Shown in pieces: positions 38,671 to 39,674 of a DNA stretch of 39,674 nt; the first letter of the stretch is position 1, and every line of letters starts with the position of its first letter. This stretch comes from Conidiobolus incongruus B7586 (lineage: Eukaryota). The notes under the pieces were generated by a model. The model did no database searches, was not told where the DNA came from, and saw only the letters and a program-made list of their open reading frames with translations. The stretch lies in contig JNEM01007129.1 of assembly GCA_000697335.1 (NCBI GenBank), forward strand, positions 1-39,674, given 5' to 3'. Position numbers and translations under genes: made by a program.

Positions 38671-38750
38671 GATAAGATGGCCCAATTGTTAAGAGGTGTG
38701 CCTAGAAAGCACATTGTGTTTCCATGTACATTCAAATCCTACTCTTGTAG
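38671..38750 (+). pseudogene. Degenerate tRNA-Ser(AGA) pseudogene
   Basis: Acceptor GATAAGA/TCTTGTA, D-arm TGGCCCAATTGTTAAG (canonical TGGCCGAGTGGTTAAG), perfect anticodon arm TGTGC-CT-AGA-AA-GCACA, long variable arm, damaged T-arm GTACA-TTCAAAT-CCTAC, discriminator G. Confidence 0.75.
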
Positions 38751-39674
38751 AAAATTTTGGTTCATTTAACTTGTGTTTTTACTAATTGAACACCCTGTCT
38801 AATATCTTCATTTTACTTTATAATTTTCTAAGTAATCACAAAATATATTCAATTGATTAATTTCTTAATTCATTATATTCTTTTCATAATAAAAATAAGG
38901 TGAAAGTGGCATAACTTAAATTTCAAAAAACTAAATCATATCAATCTGGTTTTATTTTATTATATTCTTGTATATTATATTTATGATCCTTAACAAATCA
39001 TATTAATTTAAATATTCAGTATTATTTTATTTTAATGGTTGTAAATATTGGAGGAAATAGACTTTTAGAGCTTAAACAAGGAATTACCAGTGATAAATGA
39101 TAGGTTACCACAAAATTAAGGGAAATTAAGGGAAATTAATAGGATTCACTAAATTAGATGAAAGTAGCTTACTATAAATCAGGTTCTTTGAATAAAATAA
39201 ATATCTTACACTTGTTATAACTTAATACTTCTGTGAGTATTATAAGAAAAACTTAGAGACTTGATGCTTTAGAAAATAAAAATAAAAGGATATATTTATT
39301 AATTTATTTATGGTAATTTTATATTAGTTTTAATTATAAATATTTATGAAAATATATATTTTATATGTAAAAAATGATGAGTTTACCTAGTATATAAAAT
39401 AAGGCATTTCTAATATAATTTCTTATATTAATATAATAACTAAAGTTTCTATTCCTGTAATATCATAGAATAATTATATTATTAATATTATAATATTATT
39501 AATAATATCTTTTTATCTTATTTAATCTTTATTTATTTTATTTTATTATATTTTATTTTATCTTCAAATTATTATTAATTATTATATATAAAAGGGAGAA
39601 ACCTTGTTATATAAAAGATTATTTAATTAATCTTACAAATAATAAGAGCTTTTTTCTTTATATATTATTAAATT

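Noticed and set aside
39112..39140. AAATTAAGGG x2-3 tandem as telomere-like or CRISPR-like repeat
   Set aside because: Fewer than three full copies, no spacers, not TTAGGG; a simple local duplication.

Overview
Very AT-rich eukaryotic genomic DNA with short (mostly ~50-70 nt) GT-AG spliceosomal introns. Gene content and intron style fit an early-diverging fungus (Zoopagomycota/Conidiobolus-like is an inference). By splicing exons by hand I built frame-consistent models for: class I fructose-bisphosphate aldolase, polynucleotide kinase/3'-phosphatase, mitochondrial ClpX, Whi2, a tandem DH-DH-PH RhoGEF (probable GC-AG intron, two microexons), eIF4G (with MA3), mitoribosomal uL29m, Spc25, an Irc21-like cytochrome b5 protein, Ykt6 and a short CENP-O/Mcm21. 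There is also an intronless secreted/GPI-type protein with a pseudogenised tandem paralog. Non-coding signals include a decayed tRNA-Ser(AGA), a dense GATA-site cluster between two convergent 3' ends, an E-box/CCAAT aldolase promoter, several imperfect hairpins and ORF-less intron chains (gene relics or lncRNA). This is mostly a housekeeping region; no prokaryote-type system (CRISPR, IS, defence island) is present.
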